NCBI RefSeq assembly: GCF_011386835.1
Contig: NC_088797.1
Coordinates: 30,504,001 to 30,568,000, forward strand
Source of the DNA: Chrysemys picta bellii
Taxonomy: Eukaryota
Reading direction: 5' to 3'
Length of the DNA stretch: 64,000 nucleotides
Made by a program: the position numbers and the translations under genes. The notes beneath the pieces were generated by a model, which was not told the DNA's origin, did not search any database, and worked only from the letters and a program-made list of their open reading frames with translations. Positions 1 through 10,362 of the stretch are shown here, piece after piece. Every line of letters starts with the position of its first letter. The first letter of the stretch is position 1.

Positions 1-229
1 ATCGCATTAGAAAGGTAAGACTACTGATATTAAAATATGAGTTGTGTGCTTTTATTTGTAGAACAAAAAACATTAATTATTATTAAGGGTTTTTTTATAG
101 AGCGCTTTTATCCAAAGCGTTTTACAATAGTTAGCTAACGGTACAAACAACATTTGGAAAGTGGTCCGTCGAGACCCTCAGCAATTTTCAAGTGGGCTTC
201 AAAAAAAAAAAAAGGCTTGAGAACCACTG
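1..229. mobile_element. Right end of a hAT/Charlie-type element
   Basis: Ends in TTGAGAACCACTG, the reverse complement of the CAGTGGTTCTCAA TIR type; the left end is outside the window. Confidence 0.55.
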
Positions 230-275
230 CTCTATACAGAATAGCTGATAATGCTAATAAACCCTAGCTCTTCTA

Positions 276-476
276 CAGGACTGGCTCCAGCATTTCTGCT
301 GCCCCAAGCAAAAAAAAAAAAAAAAAGCCGCGATCGGCGGCGGCAGTTCAGCGGCAGGTCCTTCGCTCCTAGAGGAAGTGAGGAACTTGCTGCCCCTGAA
401 TTGCCGCAGGTGCCGCCCCTCTCCCTTGGCCGCCCCAAGCACCTGCTTGTTAAACTGGTGCCTGGAGCCGGCCCTG
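276..476. mobile_element. hAT-type MITE
   Basis: TIRs CAGGACTGGCTCCAG / CTGGAGCCGGCCCTG; perfect 8-bp TSD CTCTTCTA at 268-275 and 477-484. Confidence 0.85.
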
Positions 477-519
477 CTCTTCTATAGCACCTTTCTTCCG
501 TAGAGCTCAAAGTGCTTTA

Positions 520-665
520 CAAAAGGTCAGTATCATTCTCACAGATGGGGAAACTGAGGCACAGAGAAGTAAAGAGACTTACCCAAAGCCAGTGGCAGAG
601 CTGGGAATAAAACGCTGGTATCCCGAGTCCCAATCCAGTGCTCTGGCCATTAGATCACACTGCCC
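520..665 (-). mobile_element. MIR/CORE-SINE
   Basis: Core ACAGATGGGGAAACTGAGGCACAGAG with a tRNA-like head. Similar copies lie at about 1740-1830, 5700-5760, 11770-11900 and 52815-53000 (all -), and 1830-2215, 45438-45560 and 51950-52070 (all +). Confidence 0.8.
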
Positions 666-2686
666 TCCTGGAATTCCTCACACCAAGGCCTTGTCTGGAC
701 TAGAATAAATGGGATGGCATTAGGAAGTGTTAGCTCACATGTTGGAAGCATCTAACCTAGCTCCCAATTTTACCACCTAGGTCCCCTGGTGGGATATTGA
801 AATCTGCCTATCTGCATATTTAGGCACCTAAATCTTTTTTTAAAATCTGATTCTTAGCCCTTCAGTCTGGACCAACAAAATCAGCATCAGTTAATCACCC
901 TTGGACATAGTCCTGGAAGGCACCTGTGGGGTCACTGAGTCCAGTCCCAGCTACTGCAGGCAACACCATCATATAATCCCAGGCATAAATGTATCAAATT
1001 CCATGCTCAAACTAACTGGGTTGTTTGCCCCCACTGCTCCTATGGGGAGGCTGCTCCAGAAGTCCCTCCTCTAATGGGCAGAAACCATTATTTCCAGCTA
1101 AAATTTATTCCTGTCCAGTTTATCCCAATTGGTTCTTGTGCCAACATTGTCCTTTAGCTTCAATAGCTCTTCTCCCACCCTGGGATCCCCTCCCAAATGG
1201 ATGTATTTCTAGAGAGCAACCAGATCCCCTCTCAGCCTTCATCTGGCCAGGTTAAACAAGCCTCTCATAAAATTGGCTCTCCATTCCCCTCATCAGCCTA
1301 GAAGCCCTTCTCTGCATGCAGCTACTTTGACCAAATGACACACTCTGCTCCACACCTGGATTTAACTTAATATTCCCTGAGTTTAAGGCCCAAATTCAGT
1401 GTGTTATTTAATTTTTTTTTTAAGTTTTACAAAACACAGTAAGAAATGGCTTTGTGACATTAAAAAAAAAAACCACAACACAATCAAATAGAAATAGATT
1501 ATTTGGGTAAATATCCACACACACACACACACGATCAGCCTCCCACCCATATGAACAAAGAATGCTGTTCACGTGGCTTTGATCCTGATTCAGGTCACAA
1601 TACAAATAATTTATAAAAGGGAAAACTGTTAAAGGAAAGATTTCAATCATTTAAACATTGGATGGTCTTGTGGTTAAATAATAATCCCTAGCTCTTATCT
1701 AGCACTTTTCAACAGTAGATCTCAAAGCACTTTACAAAGAAGGCCAGCATCATTATCCCCTTTTTACAAATGGGGAAACTGAGGCATAGAGTGGAAGTGA
1801 CTTGTCCAACGTCACCCAAGATTGAAGCACTGAACTGGGACCCAGGAGATCTGGGCTCAATTCCTGGCTCTGCCATTGAACTCCCTGTGTGGGCAAGTAA
1901 TTCAGTCTCTCTGGGCCTTAGTTTCCCTGTCTATAAAAGAGGGGATGATCTTTCTTATCGGTTTAGATTGTAAGCACTTTGGGTGCAGGGACTGTATTTC
2001 CCTGTGTGTCTGTGTAACACTTAGCACAAGGGGGGGGGGGGGGCTTGCTCTTGGTCAGGGTCTGTGCAGCACCACAATGGGGGCCCTAGTCTCAGTCAGG
2101 TCTGTGCAGTGCCTGATACAACAGGGGGCCCGATCTCTGTCCAGCACAGCCGTCCAGCACCCAGCACAATGTGTTGGGGCCTCTAGGCACTATTGTAATA
2201 CACATATTAATAAATAGTCAGAACGGAATTAAAGATCAAATCTCAAAGGTGGCTGGAGATTTTTGGTGCCTGACTAGAGATGCCCAGAGGTGCTGAGCAT
2301 CCACCGCTCCCCTGGACTTCTGGGTGCTGATTAGGGCCCAACCTCAGCCCCACAGGTGTGTCCAGCTGGGCCCCCCAAAGTTGAAAGGGCTTTTTCCATT
2401 AAATCACTTTAGGTTTCACCAGCCAGTTGGGAACAGGGGTAAATCACAGCGTGTGAGCCAACAGCTCTGCCCACCCCGGAAGGGTCATGCCCTTCCAGAG
2501 AAAGGGCTCTGGGGGTGGGGGGACACTCAGAAGTGGGGGGACATAATGCAGTAGGGGGAGGAGGAATGGGTGACAGTGGGGGGCGGGTACAGGGGGCAAG
2601 AGGTGGGGGGTGCAGTTGCCACAGGGGGAGGGGGCAGATACTGCAGGGGGGCAGTTATGGGGGGAGTTACTACAGGGGGCGGGGGC

Positions 2687-2811
2687 TAGGGTGACCAGAC
2701 AGCAAATGTGAAAAATCGGAACAGGGAGTGGGGGGGTAATAGGAGCCTATACAAGAAAAAGACCCCAAAATCAGGACTATCTCTATAAAACCGTGACATC
2801 TGGTCACCCTA
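2687..2811. mobile_element. hAT-type MITE (TAGGGTGACCAGA TIRs)
   Basis: 13-bp TIR; 8-bp TSD GCGGGGGC / GTGGGGGC, differing by one CpG transition. Confidence 0.8.
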
Positions 2812-2929
2812 GTGGGGGCATTAGTGTGGGGGTCACATGCTGCGGGTGGGCAACAGTGGAGGCTGCAAAGGATAAAAAGGGGGCAAACCGAGGGGGGGGG
2901 GCGGGCTGGTGGGAAGGGGGTAAAGGAGC

Positions 2930-3200
2930 CTGCACGGGGGGGGAGGAGACCGGTTGTCATAGAGACTTACGCTGGGCCCCAGCCGCCATTTTCCGGCCTC
3001 CTCCGGCAGCAGCTGCAGCTGCCCGTCGGGGAGCGGGGGGAGTGGTGACGGCCGGGCCCCGCCCCCAGCCCCAGCTACTGGGCGCCGTGGCGGAGCCCGG
3101 TGCGGCTCTGCGCTGCATCCTGGCACTAGGCCGGGACAGGTATGAGGCCAGGCCGCTGCCGGGGGCGAGGGTCTAGCTCCTGCCTCGCTCTGGGAGCCAG
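2930..3200 (-). promoter_or_regulatory. CpG-island promoter with YY1, ETS, GC box and an RFX X-box
   Basis: Dense CpGs; GGCCCCGCCCC near 3056-3066; X-box GTTGTCATAGAGAC at 2953-2966. Confidence 0.7.
2971..3060 (-). other. First exon of an unidentified minus-strand gene (DNAJC4 is the synteny-based candidate)
   Basis: CpG-rich segment with a strong donor AGC|gtaagt at 2971/2970, overlapping YY1 (AAAATGGCGGC, 2982-2992) and ETS (CCGGAA) motifs, and a possible ATG at 2989 (MAAGAQ, phase 1). I found no downstream exon in 1-2970. The upper boundary is approximate. Confidence 0.6.
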
Positions 3201-3325
3201 GACGCCTGGGTTCTGTCCCAGCTCTGGGAGGCCAGTGGGGGCTGGGAGCCAGGACGCCTGGGTTCTGTCCCAGCTCTGGGAGGCCAGTGGGGGCTGGGAG
3301 CCAGGACGCCTGGGTTCTATCCCCA
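3190..3325 (+). repeat. 52-bp tandem repeat of a SINE-head fragment (about 2.6 copies)
   Basis: CTGGGAGCCAGGACGCCTGGGTTCT starts at 3190, 3242 and 3294; the copies are near-identical. Confidence 0.9.
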
Positions 3326-4494
3326 GCCAACCCATTGTAAGGCAGCACGAACGTGTAAACCCGAGATCGGGCTCTTCTGATGCCTGCCGCCCAGCACGGG
3401 TGGGGACTGGAACACAGACTTCAGCTCCCTGCCTGCGCTAACACATACGGTTCCCATGATCCCCAGTGCTGCCCTCATGCTTCTCTGGCCTGCTGAAGCC
3501 CTCCAACGCTCTCCCCTCAGCTGCTGCGATCGCTTCCACCTCGCCACCTTCATTCAGGATCCCCAGCACGGAACAGATACTAGTGGCAACAGCTGTTAAA
3601 TCAACCTCTGTTTCCCCACCAGGCCCCCTTCCCTGCGTGGCTGCTCCCCTCCACTATTAGGGTTCACTGGGCAGCTGAGCACATCTTTGTTCCCCTGCGC
3701 TGCCCTGGCCTCAATGACGGTGAAGCAGCAATGGGCAGATGCCAGGCAATTCAGCTGCCTGCCTCTACGTGTAGCATGTAATGTAGATTACTCCCTTCTG
3801 ACCCCCACAGTTAGCCAAAATTCAGGGTAACACCGGTTAGGATTGAAGCTAGGCAACATTTTTCAGCCAAAACGTTGGGCCAAAAAATGCAGATTTGGGC
3901 TGACCGAAAAATGTTGTGAATTTGTGTCAAATTTGCCAAATTGTTTTGGTTTTAAAAAAATCCAAAATATTTGGTAATTTTTGAAAGGAAATATTTCAGT
4001 TTTTCCAGTTCAAAATGACTTGTCCTTTCAAAATTTACTTTGATTTTATTTAAACAAAATTCAGAGAACGCATAAACAAGTTTGGAAACCAAATGGTTTG
4101 ACGGAAACAGGATTTTTTTTCCAGCTTTTTGATTCACTGCCAAATTTGAAAAACTTTCAGTTTGGGTCAACCCTAGTTTTCTTCAATTTTTCAGAATGAT
4201 CAGCAAACTGGAAAGACCCTGTCCCTCTGGTCTCCGCAGCTAGTGCAACTTTGCTCACAGTCACAATGTGCCTCTTTCAGGTAGCCCTTAGCCCAAAAAG
4301 CTCTCACTCCCCCTGGGCTTTTCTCCCTGCTTCTCTGGGCTGAGCCCCTGGCTTTCTGATCCTTCTCGGCTTCTCTTTCTCATGCATACCTCGGCTAGAA
4401 TGATACCCATCAAACACCTCTGCCCACCACATGCACCTTGTTTTGGGCAGTGTGACATATGCCTGTGGTTGGGGTGGAGGCCCCTATTGTTTCA

Positions 4495-5460
4495 TAGAGT
4501 TTTAAGGACAGAAGGGACCATCAGTCCTCCTGTACAGCACAGTCCACTTAGTTTTGCTCATTTATCCCATATTGAGCCCAATGACTTTAGTTTGACCAAA
4601 GATTTCAGTCCTCCTCAGGAAACTAAACTGTTGTGTACTGCAGGCAAAGAACAGGAGAAACCAGGCGGCCACCCATGCGGGAGGCCCTGTGATGACAGGG
4701 AATTGATGAGGTCGGACAGATGACCCCCGCTGGTGACCCATGCTACAGAGGAAGGTGAAAAAACACAAAGGTCCCTGCCAATCTGACTTGAGGGAAATTT
4801 CTCCCTGACCCTAAATCTGATGATCCGCTGGATCCTGAGCAAGCAGCCAGGCAGCTAGACAGAGGATTAACTGGATTCTGAACCACCTCAGAGCCTGGCC
4901 TACCCTCTCTGGTGTCCAGTCTCCAATCCCTGATGCTTCAGAGGAATGCAAAAAAAGCCGAACAAACCAGGCCAATTGTGCGTTGGTGGTAAAATTCCTT
5001 CCTCACTCATTTCAGCCACCTGAAAAGGAGTGTAATTGTTTTTACATGTGTCCCAAACGAAGGGCAGTGTTTACACCCACTGGTTTGAACAATCTTTCAC
5101 CTCACCCATAACAGTTGGAAACATGGGAATTGCCAGACTGGATCAGAGTCATGGCCCATTTAAATCCAATGTCCTGTCTCTGACAGAGACCAGAACCCGA
5201 TGATTCAGAGGAAGGTGTGAGAATCCCACAGTGGGCAGATATGGAGTAATCTGCCTTCATGAAGGTTTGATCCAACCCCTAATAGAGACTGGCTTAAACC
5301 TTGACACACGAGTGTTTATGTCCCTTCCAATCCTCTTGTAAAACTGTTCACTACGAGAACTCTGGAGGTTGTGGTGAGCCTTGCAAATGTCCCATTGCTC
5401 TTTGAAGTTCCTGGCTTCAATTTAAAACTAAACATCTTTGTTACTGCTTGAGTGATTGTA
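4495..5460 (-). mobile_element. Two adjacent CR1 3' fragments
   Basis: Begin with reverse-strand CR1 termini (CATAGAGTTTTAAGG..AGAAGGGACC; GAATTGCCAGACTGGATCAG). Boundaries are approximate; similar fragments lie near 905-1330 and 36610-36780. Confidence 0.55.
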
Positions 5461-8400
5461 GCAGCTAGAGACCTCAGCTGAGACCATGGTCTTGTGGGTG
5501 CTGCACAGACCCTGACCGAGATCAAGCCCTTGTGGTGGATGAGGCTCAAAACCTGACTAAGATCAGGGCCCTCATTGTGCCAGATGCTTCATAGACCCAG
5601 GCCAACATTAGTGCCTTATTCTGCTGGGCACTGCATAGACACACGGTGAGAATCTGTTCATGCCCCAAAGAGTTTACAGTCTATATAGCCCAAAGGATGG
5701 ATTTTTATCCCATTTTACAGATGGGGAAATGGAGGCACAGAGAGACTGAAGGGCTAGACCCAAAAAGGGACATATGCATTGTTATGCTGAGTGTTGCAAT
5801 GCCTAACTCTTAGGTGCCCTGCTGCCTAGTGGCATCCTGAGCCTTGAGTTGGGTATCCATGCACTATATGGGGAGAGTTAAGCGCTGAGGACAGGAATTC
5901 TCAGAAGCCAGCAAGATGAGCAGGGACCCACTTAAGTTAACCAGGAGTGAAGTGCACAGGAAAGTGGGGGGGAGCTTAGGGACCAGATTCACAAAGATGC
6001 GTAGGCACCTAACTCCCATTGAGCTGGGCCTCCACACACCTCCCTCTGCTTGGGATTCTCAGCCATGAATTCTCTTCTGGAGCCAGGCGCCTAAGCCAGG
6101 ATATTCCTTTCTTGTATAAAAGCACAGAAACTCCATCATACCTAATAGCCCAGTGGTTAGGGTACTCCCCTGGGATGAGGCAGGTTTGGGTTCCTGCTTC
6201 AAGAAATATGTAATTATTTATTCAAAGTGAAACAGCTTTAACAGAAGAGAATGGTGGAGAGAGACCCATCTGAGAGGACCCTAGAGCTAGGCTTGGCAGA
6301 GTGTATATATACATCTTCTGCTGCCTAATTCTTATATAAGTGTGATAGATAATATCCATGTTTATTTGTAAGCTTTTTTTAAATCAATGTAAGTGTTCAC
6401 AGTTGTGGGAAATTATGGGTGGAGATCAGACAATGGGGGGGTAGACAATAATTATGTCATGGCAATAGATGTTGGGTTTCAAAAAGTTACGGGTAAAACA
6501 CCAATTGTCAACATCACATGTCCAAATATACCAAGTAAATATACTTAAATCAAACTTTGCTAAATTCTCAAGCCGCATTTCTCTTACTTTGCTTGTCTGT
6601 ACATTGCAGTTATCAATATAAATATGTTTGTCAGTTTGTGTGTGTAGGTGAAATTGATGTCTGGCCATATTTGCTGATCAAAATCTTGCCCTTCCAAGCC
6701 TACCTGTTGCCCAGTGGTCAGGGCGATCTGCTGGGTTGTGGGAGACCGAGCTGAAGGTGAGTATCGCACATCCCAGGCGTGTGCACTGACCACTGAGCTA
6801 CTGGCTATTTTACACACACACTGCCTGATCGGTGTGCTCTGAGCACGCCTGCTGGATGGGACTCTGCTCAGGGGAATGTCTAGTAAAGTTTGACAATCCC
6901 ACTGCAGTTGAAGAATGGACAAGGGCTCTGAGCAGCTCAGTAGCTGTGGGGTGACATAAGGACTTAGTGGCTGTCTATGGAGTTAGGAGGCAGCTGAGTG
7001 GGGGTTTTGGGAAAGTTAGTGGCACTTAATTGTTGAACTTAGGCACCTACAGAGACAGACACCTGAGTCCCTTTGTGGATCTTGACCAAAATGATTTCTC
7101 CAGGGTCACATAGGTAGTTTGTGGCAGAGATGGATATTGAGCCCAAATGTCCTGTACCCCAATGCAGCACCTTAACCACACCACAGTCATTCCTCTCCTT
7201 TGCATTTGAAGTGGTCACATAGATAACTGATTTAATGGATGTGAAGAGCCTGCTCTGAGTTCCCAAGGGACCTGCCATGCCCAGCGTGTGCCCATTCAAT
7301 GGCTGACATGAGGCAAAATGCCCAGGAAAAGCAGCTCAGAGCCAGCACAGGGACTGTAAGGGGGAGGCAGTAGCTAAGCAGATCTGGGGCTCTGTGTCAG
7401 CTTCAATGGTGTTGTGGGAATGAGACCAGGAGGGGGGGCACAAGACCGTTGGCAACAATCCCCCTTTTGTCAGCACGGCTGCGATGACTTCATCCTGTTC
7501 CGGGGGACAATGCCCCCCGTGTTCCCTGGCCGGGGGCTCCCCGACAATGAGCCCAGTCAGGGCTGGCAAGCGGAAGTGACACTGTGGGAGCCCCGTTGCC
7601 AGGGAAGCAGGGCAGCTATGCCCCACGGAGTGGGGGCGACAGGGAGAGCTGGCCCCCCACAATGTGACAGGGAGGTTAATAAATGCAGGGGGGAGAGGGC
7701 TGAGTTTTTTTGCCATTTGGGAGCTTTGAAGCTCTTATGGTCCATCCCCCCAGCCATGAACACACACCTGGAGGGAGAGTTAGCCTTGGAGGGGAACCAC
7801 TTGCCCAGAGTTGCTGGCAATGCCAGGATTAGAACCTAGGAGTCCAGGGGTGTGTGTGTGGGGGGGGAGGAGGGTAGGTCTCATGGTTGTGTGGCCCCGC
7901 CACCAAAGGAGGTGGAGGGAGTAGGGAGAATAGACGATGGACTCAGATGGGGCAGAGCTCCCTCTTCCTCACCCCAGGATGGACATTTGGGGCTGGGTTT
8001 CACAGCCCTTGTCACTGTGCCCCCATGGCAAGGATGTGGCAGAAATATGTCCAGAATGCAGGATGACTCAAAGGGCCCCTTCCAACCACAAACCCCACTC
8101 CTCTCTTAGAGTGGGGATAAAATCCAGTGGTCCTCACTCCCATCCCCCCTGCTCTAGCCCACTGGACCACAATCTAGGATACAATCTATGATTCCTGGCT
8201 CCCACTATCCCACCTCTGACCATAAGATACTTTTCTCTCCTAGGAGCTGGGTAGTCAAGACTCCTGGGTTCTCTCACCAGCACTGGGAGGAGAGGTGTGC
8301 ATGTGCGCATGCGTGTGCACATGCAGGTCCCCTCCTCAGGTTTGCAATGGCTCCATTCATTAGAGATCTGCCCCAGAAAAGCCGTGTCTAATCTGATTTG

Positions 8401-8848
8401 TAATTGGTACTAATTAGCGTTAATCACAGTGGGAAACACAGACCGGGGACCTTGGCTGGGGATGGGGGATAGAATGGAGCTGCTAATGAGTGGAATAGAG
8501 TTGGAGAAGTTTGGCAAGTCCTGACTTCCCCCACCCCCTCTCCCAGACCTGGGGATAGAATCCAGGCACCCTGACTCTCAACTCCCCTGTTCTAACTCAC
8601 CAGACCCCACCCCCTTCCCACAGTTCATTCACATCAGTGGTGCTCCATTGGCATGACAAGCATTGCCAAACATGTACGATAAACTCAGATGTCTCTGATT
8701 TCTGCCAGGGGTGGAACAACCCTGCCTGCAAGGGAGAGGGTCACACACTGCATATTTTGGCTCCATGCCCATGTCACTCCTGCCCATTGGAATCCCCTGG
8801 TGACTGAAATGCTTCTCAAAAAGTGGTGTGGGAGGAGCTGTCTGGGAG

Positions 8849-9170
8849 CTCGAGCCATCTAGCCAGATGCTGGAGATATAGGGTGGAATGGGCAGGGAGC
8901 TTGAACCACCCTGCTGGGCACAGAGCTATCAGGCAACACAGCTGGCAGGGGGCTAGAGCCACCCAGCCGGATACCGGAGCCACAGGGCGGCACAGCCGGC
9001 AGGGAACTAGAGCCGCCCAGCCCGATACCGGAGCCATGGGGCGGCACAGCCGGCAGGGGGCTAGAGCCACCCAGCCGGAGCCACGGGGCGGCACAGCCGG
9101 CAGGGAACTAGAGCCGCCCAGCCCGATACCGGAGCCATGGGGCGGCACAGCCGGCAGGGGGCTAGAGTCA
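8849..9170 (+). repeat. 54-bp minisatellite abutting the NUDT22 promoter
   Basis: CTAGAGCC unit starts at 8953, 9007, 9061, 9108 and 9162; degenerate units at 8849 and 8900. Confidence 0.9.
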
Positions 9171-9345
9171 CCCTGAACCAATCAGCGCGGCCGCAGGCAG
9201 CCGCTGACTTCCGGGAAGGGGGCGGCTGGGGCCGGGCCATGGAGCTGGAGCTGGAGGTAGCGAATCTGGCGCTGAGCCCGGCGCGGGGCTGGGGAGCGGA
9301 GCGCTCGGGGGCTCCCGCGCAGGGGCCGGGCTGTGCCGTGGGGTG
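9170..9345 (+). promoter_or_regulatory. NUDT22 core promoter and first exon (CpG island)
   Basis: CCAAT at 9178-9182, ACTTCCGG (ETS/GABP) at 9207-9214, GC box GGGGGCGG, and candidate donors after 9256 and 9342. Confidence 0.75.
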
Positions 9346-9839
9346 AATGGCCCCACAATGTGCCCCCGGCAGGCTGCCCTGCAGGGCTGGGATTAGCCGG
9401 CTGCAGCCCCGTCCCCTGTGCTCCTTGCCCCCGGGGAGGCGGGAGCTGTGCGCGTGTCCGGTTCATTGGCAGCCAGGATAATAGAGACGGGGAGGGGGGT
9501 CCATGGCTCCCAGCCCCCAGCTCTATCCGCTAGTCCCCACTCCCCTCCCAGAGCTGGGGAGAGAACCCAGGTGTCCTGGCTCCCACCCGCACACCCCTGC
9601 TCTCATCAGTACAGCCCTATATGTGTATGGAGTTTAACTAGCAGCTTTGGGGTGTTGCCGCTAATAACCCCACCCACCCCTAAGAACCCCTTCCGCGGTC
9701 AGAGGGGATGGCATGAGCCTGCAGCGCTGCCCCTCTAGGAAGTTGCTGAAGCTCAATCCCCACCCTAAACCCCTCCATGCACCGGACAACCTTGGGGCAC
9801 ATGCGTCCTGGGGGCGAGGGGGTTCTCATTGGGATGGGG

Positions 9840-10250
9840 GAGGTGTGCAGTGCTCATGCAGCCAGCTCGGCAGGCCAGTAGGGGATGGCATGTGGGGACC
9901 ATACGGCCAGCTCTCTGGGGCAGTGGGGAGAGGTGTTTGGTGCCCATGGAGCCCTCTCTCTGGGGCAGTGGGAGGCAGATCTCTGGGTGAATGGGGGAGG
10001 CTCAGTGCTCCTGGGGCCAGGTCTCTCTGGCAGTAGAGGAAGGGGGGGGTCATCCATGGGCCTGGATCTCCTGGGCAGTAAGGGGGTGTGCAGTGCCCAT
10101 GTGGTCAGTTCTCTGGGGCAGTGTGGGGAGGTACAGCGTTCGTGGGGCAATCAGGAGCATCTGGTGTCCATGGGACCAGCTCTTGGGGGAGGGATGCAGT
10201 GCCCATGGAACCAGCTCTTTAGGGCCTTGGTACCCATGGGTTTGGCTCTC
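9840..10250 (+). repeat. Degenerate minisatellite in NUDT22 intron 1
   Basis: Recurrent CTCTCTGGGGCAGTGG and GTGCAGTGCCCATG motifs. Confidence 0.55.
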
Positions 10251-10362
10251 CAGGGTGTGTGTGAGGGGGTGGTAGCCTGGCATAGAAACTGAGTGATCCC
10301 CATCTTTTCCTCCCAGATGCCCTGAGCCTGGTGTCCGGGGCTGGGAGGCACAGGGAAGCACC

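Noticed and set aside
6140-6200. tRNA-like A/B boxes (also at 45240-45300 and in the SINE-head arrays)
   Set aside because: No cloverleaf with paired acceptor and anticodon stems can be built, so no tRNA gene is called.
8816-9181. Repetitive peptides and spaced repeats resembling a CRISPR array
   Set aside because: It is a head-to-tail minisatellite without unique spacers, in a vertebrate genome.
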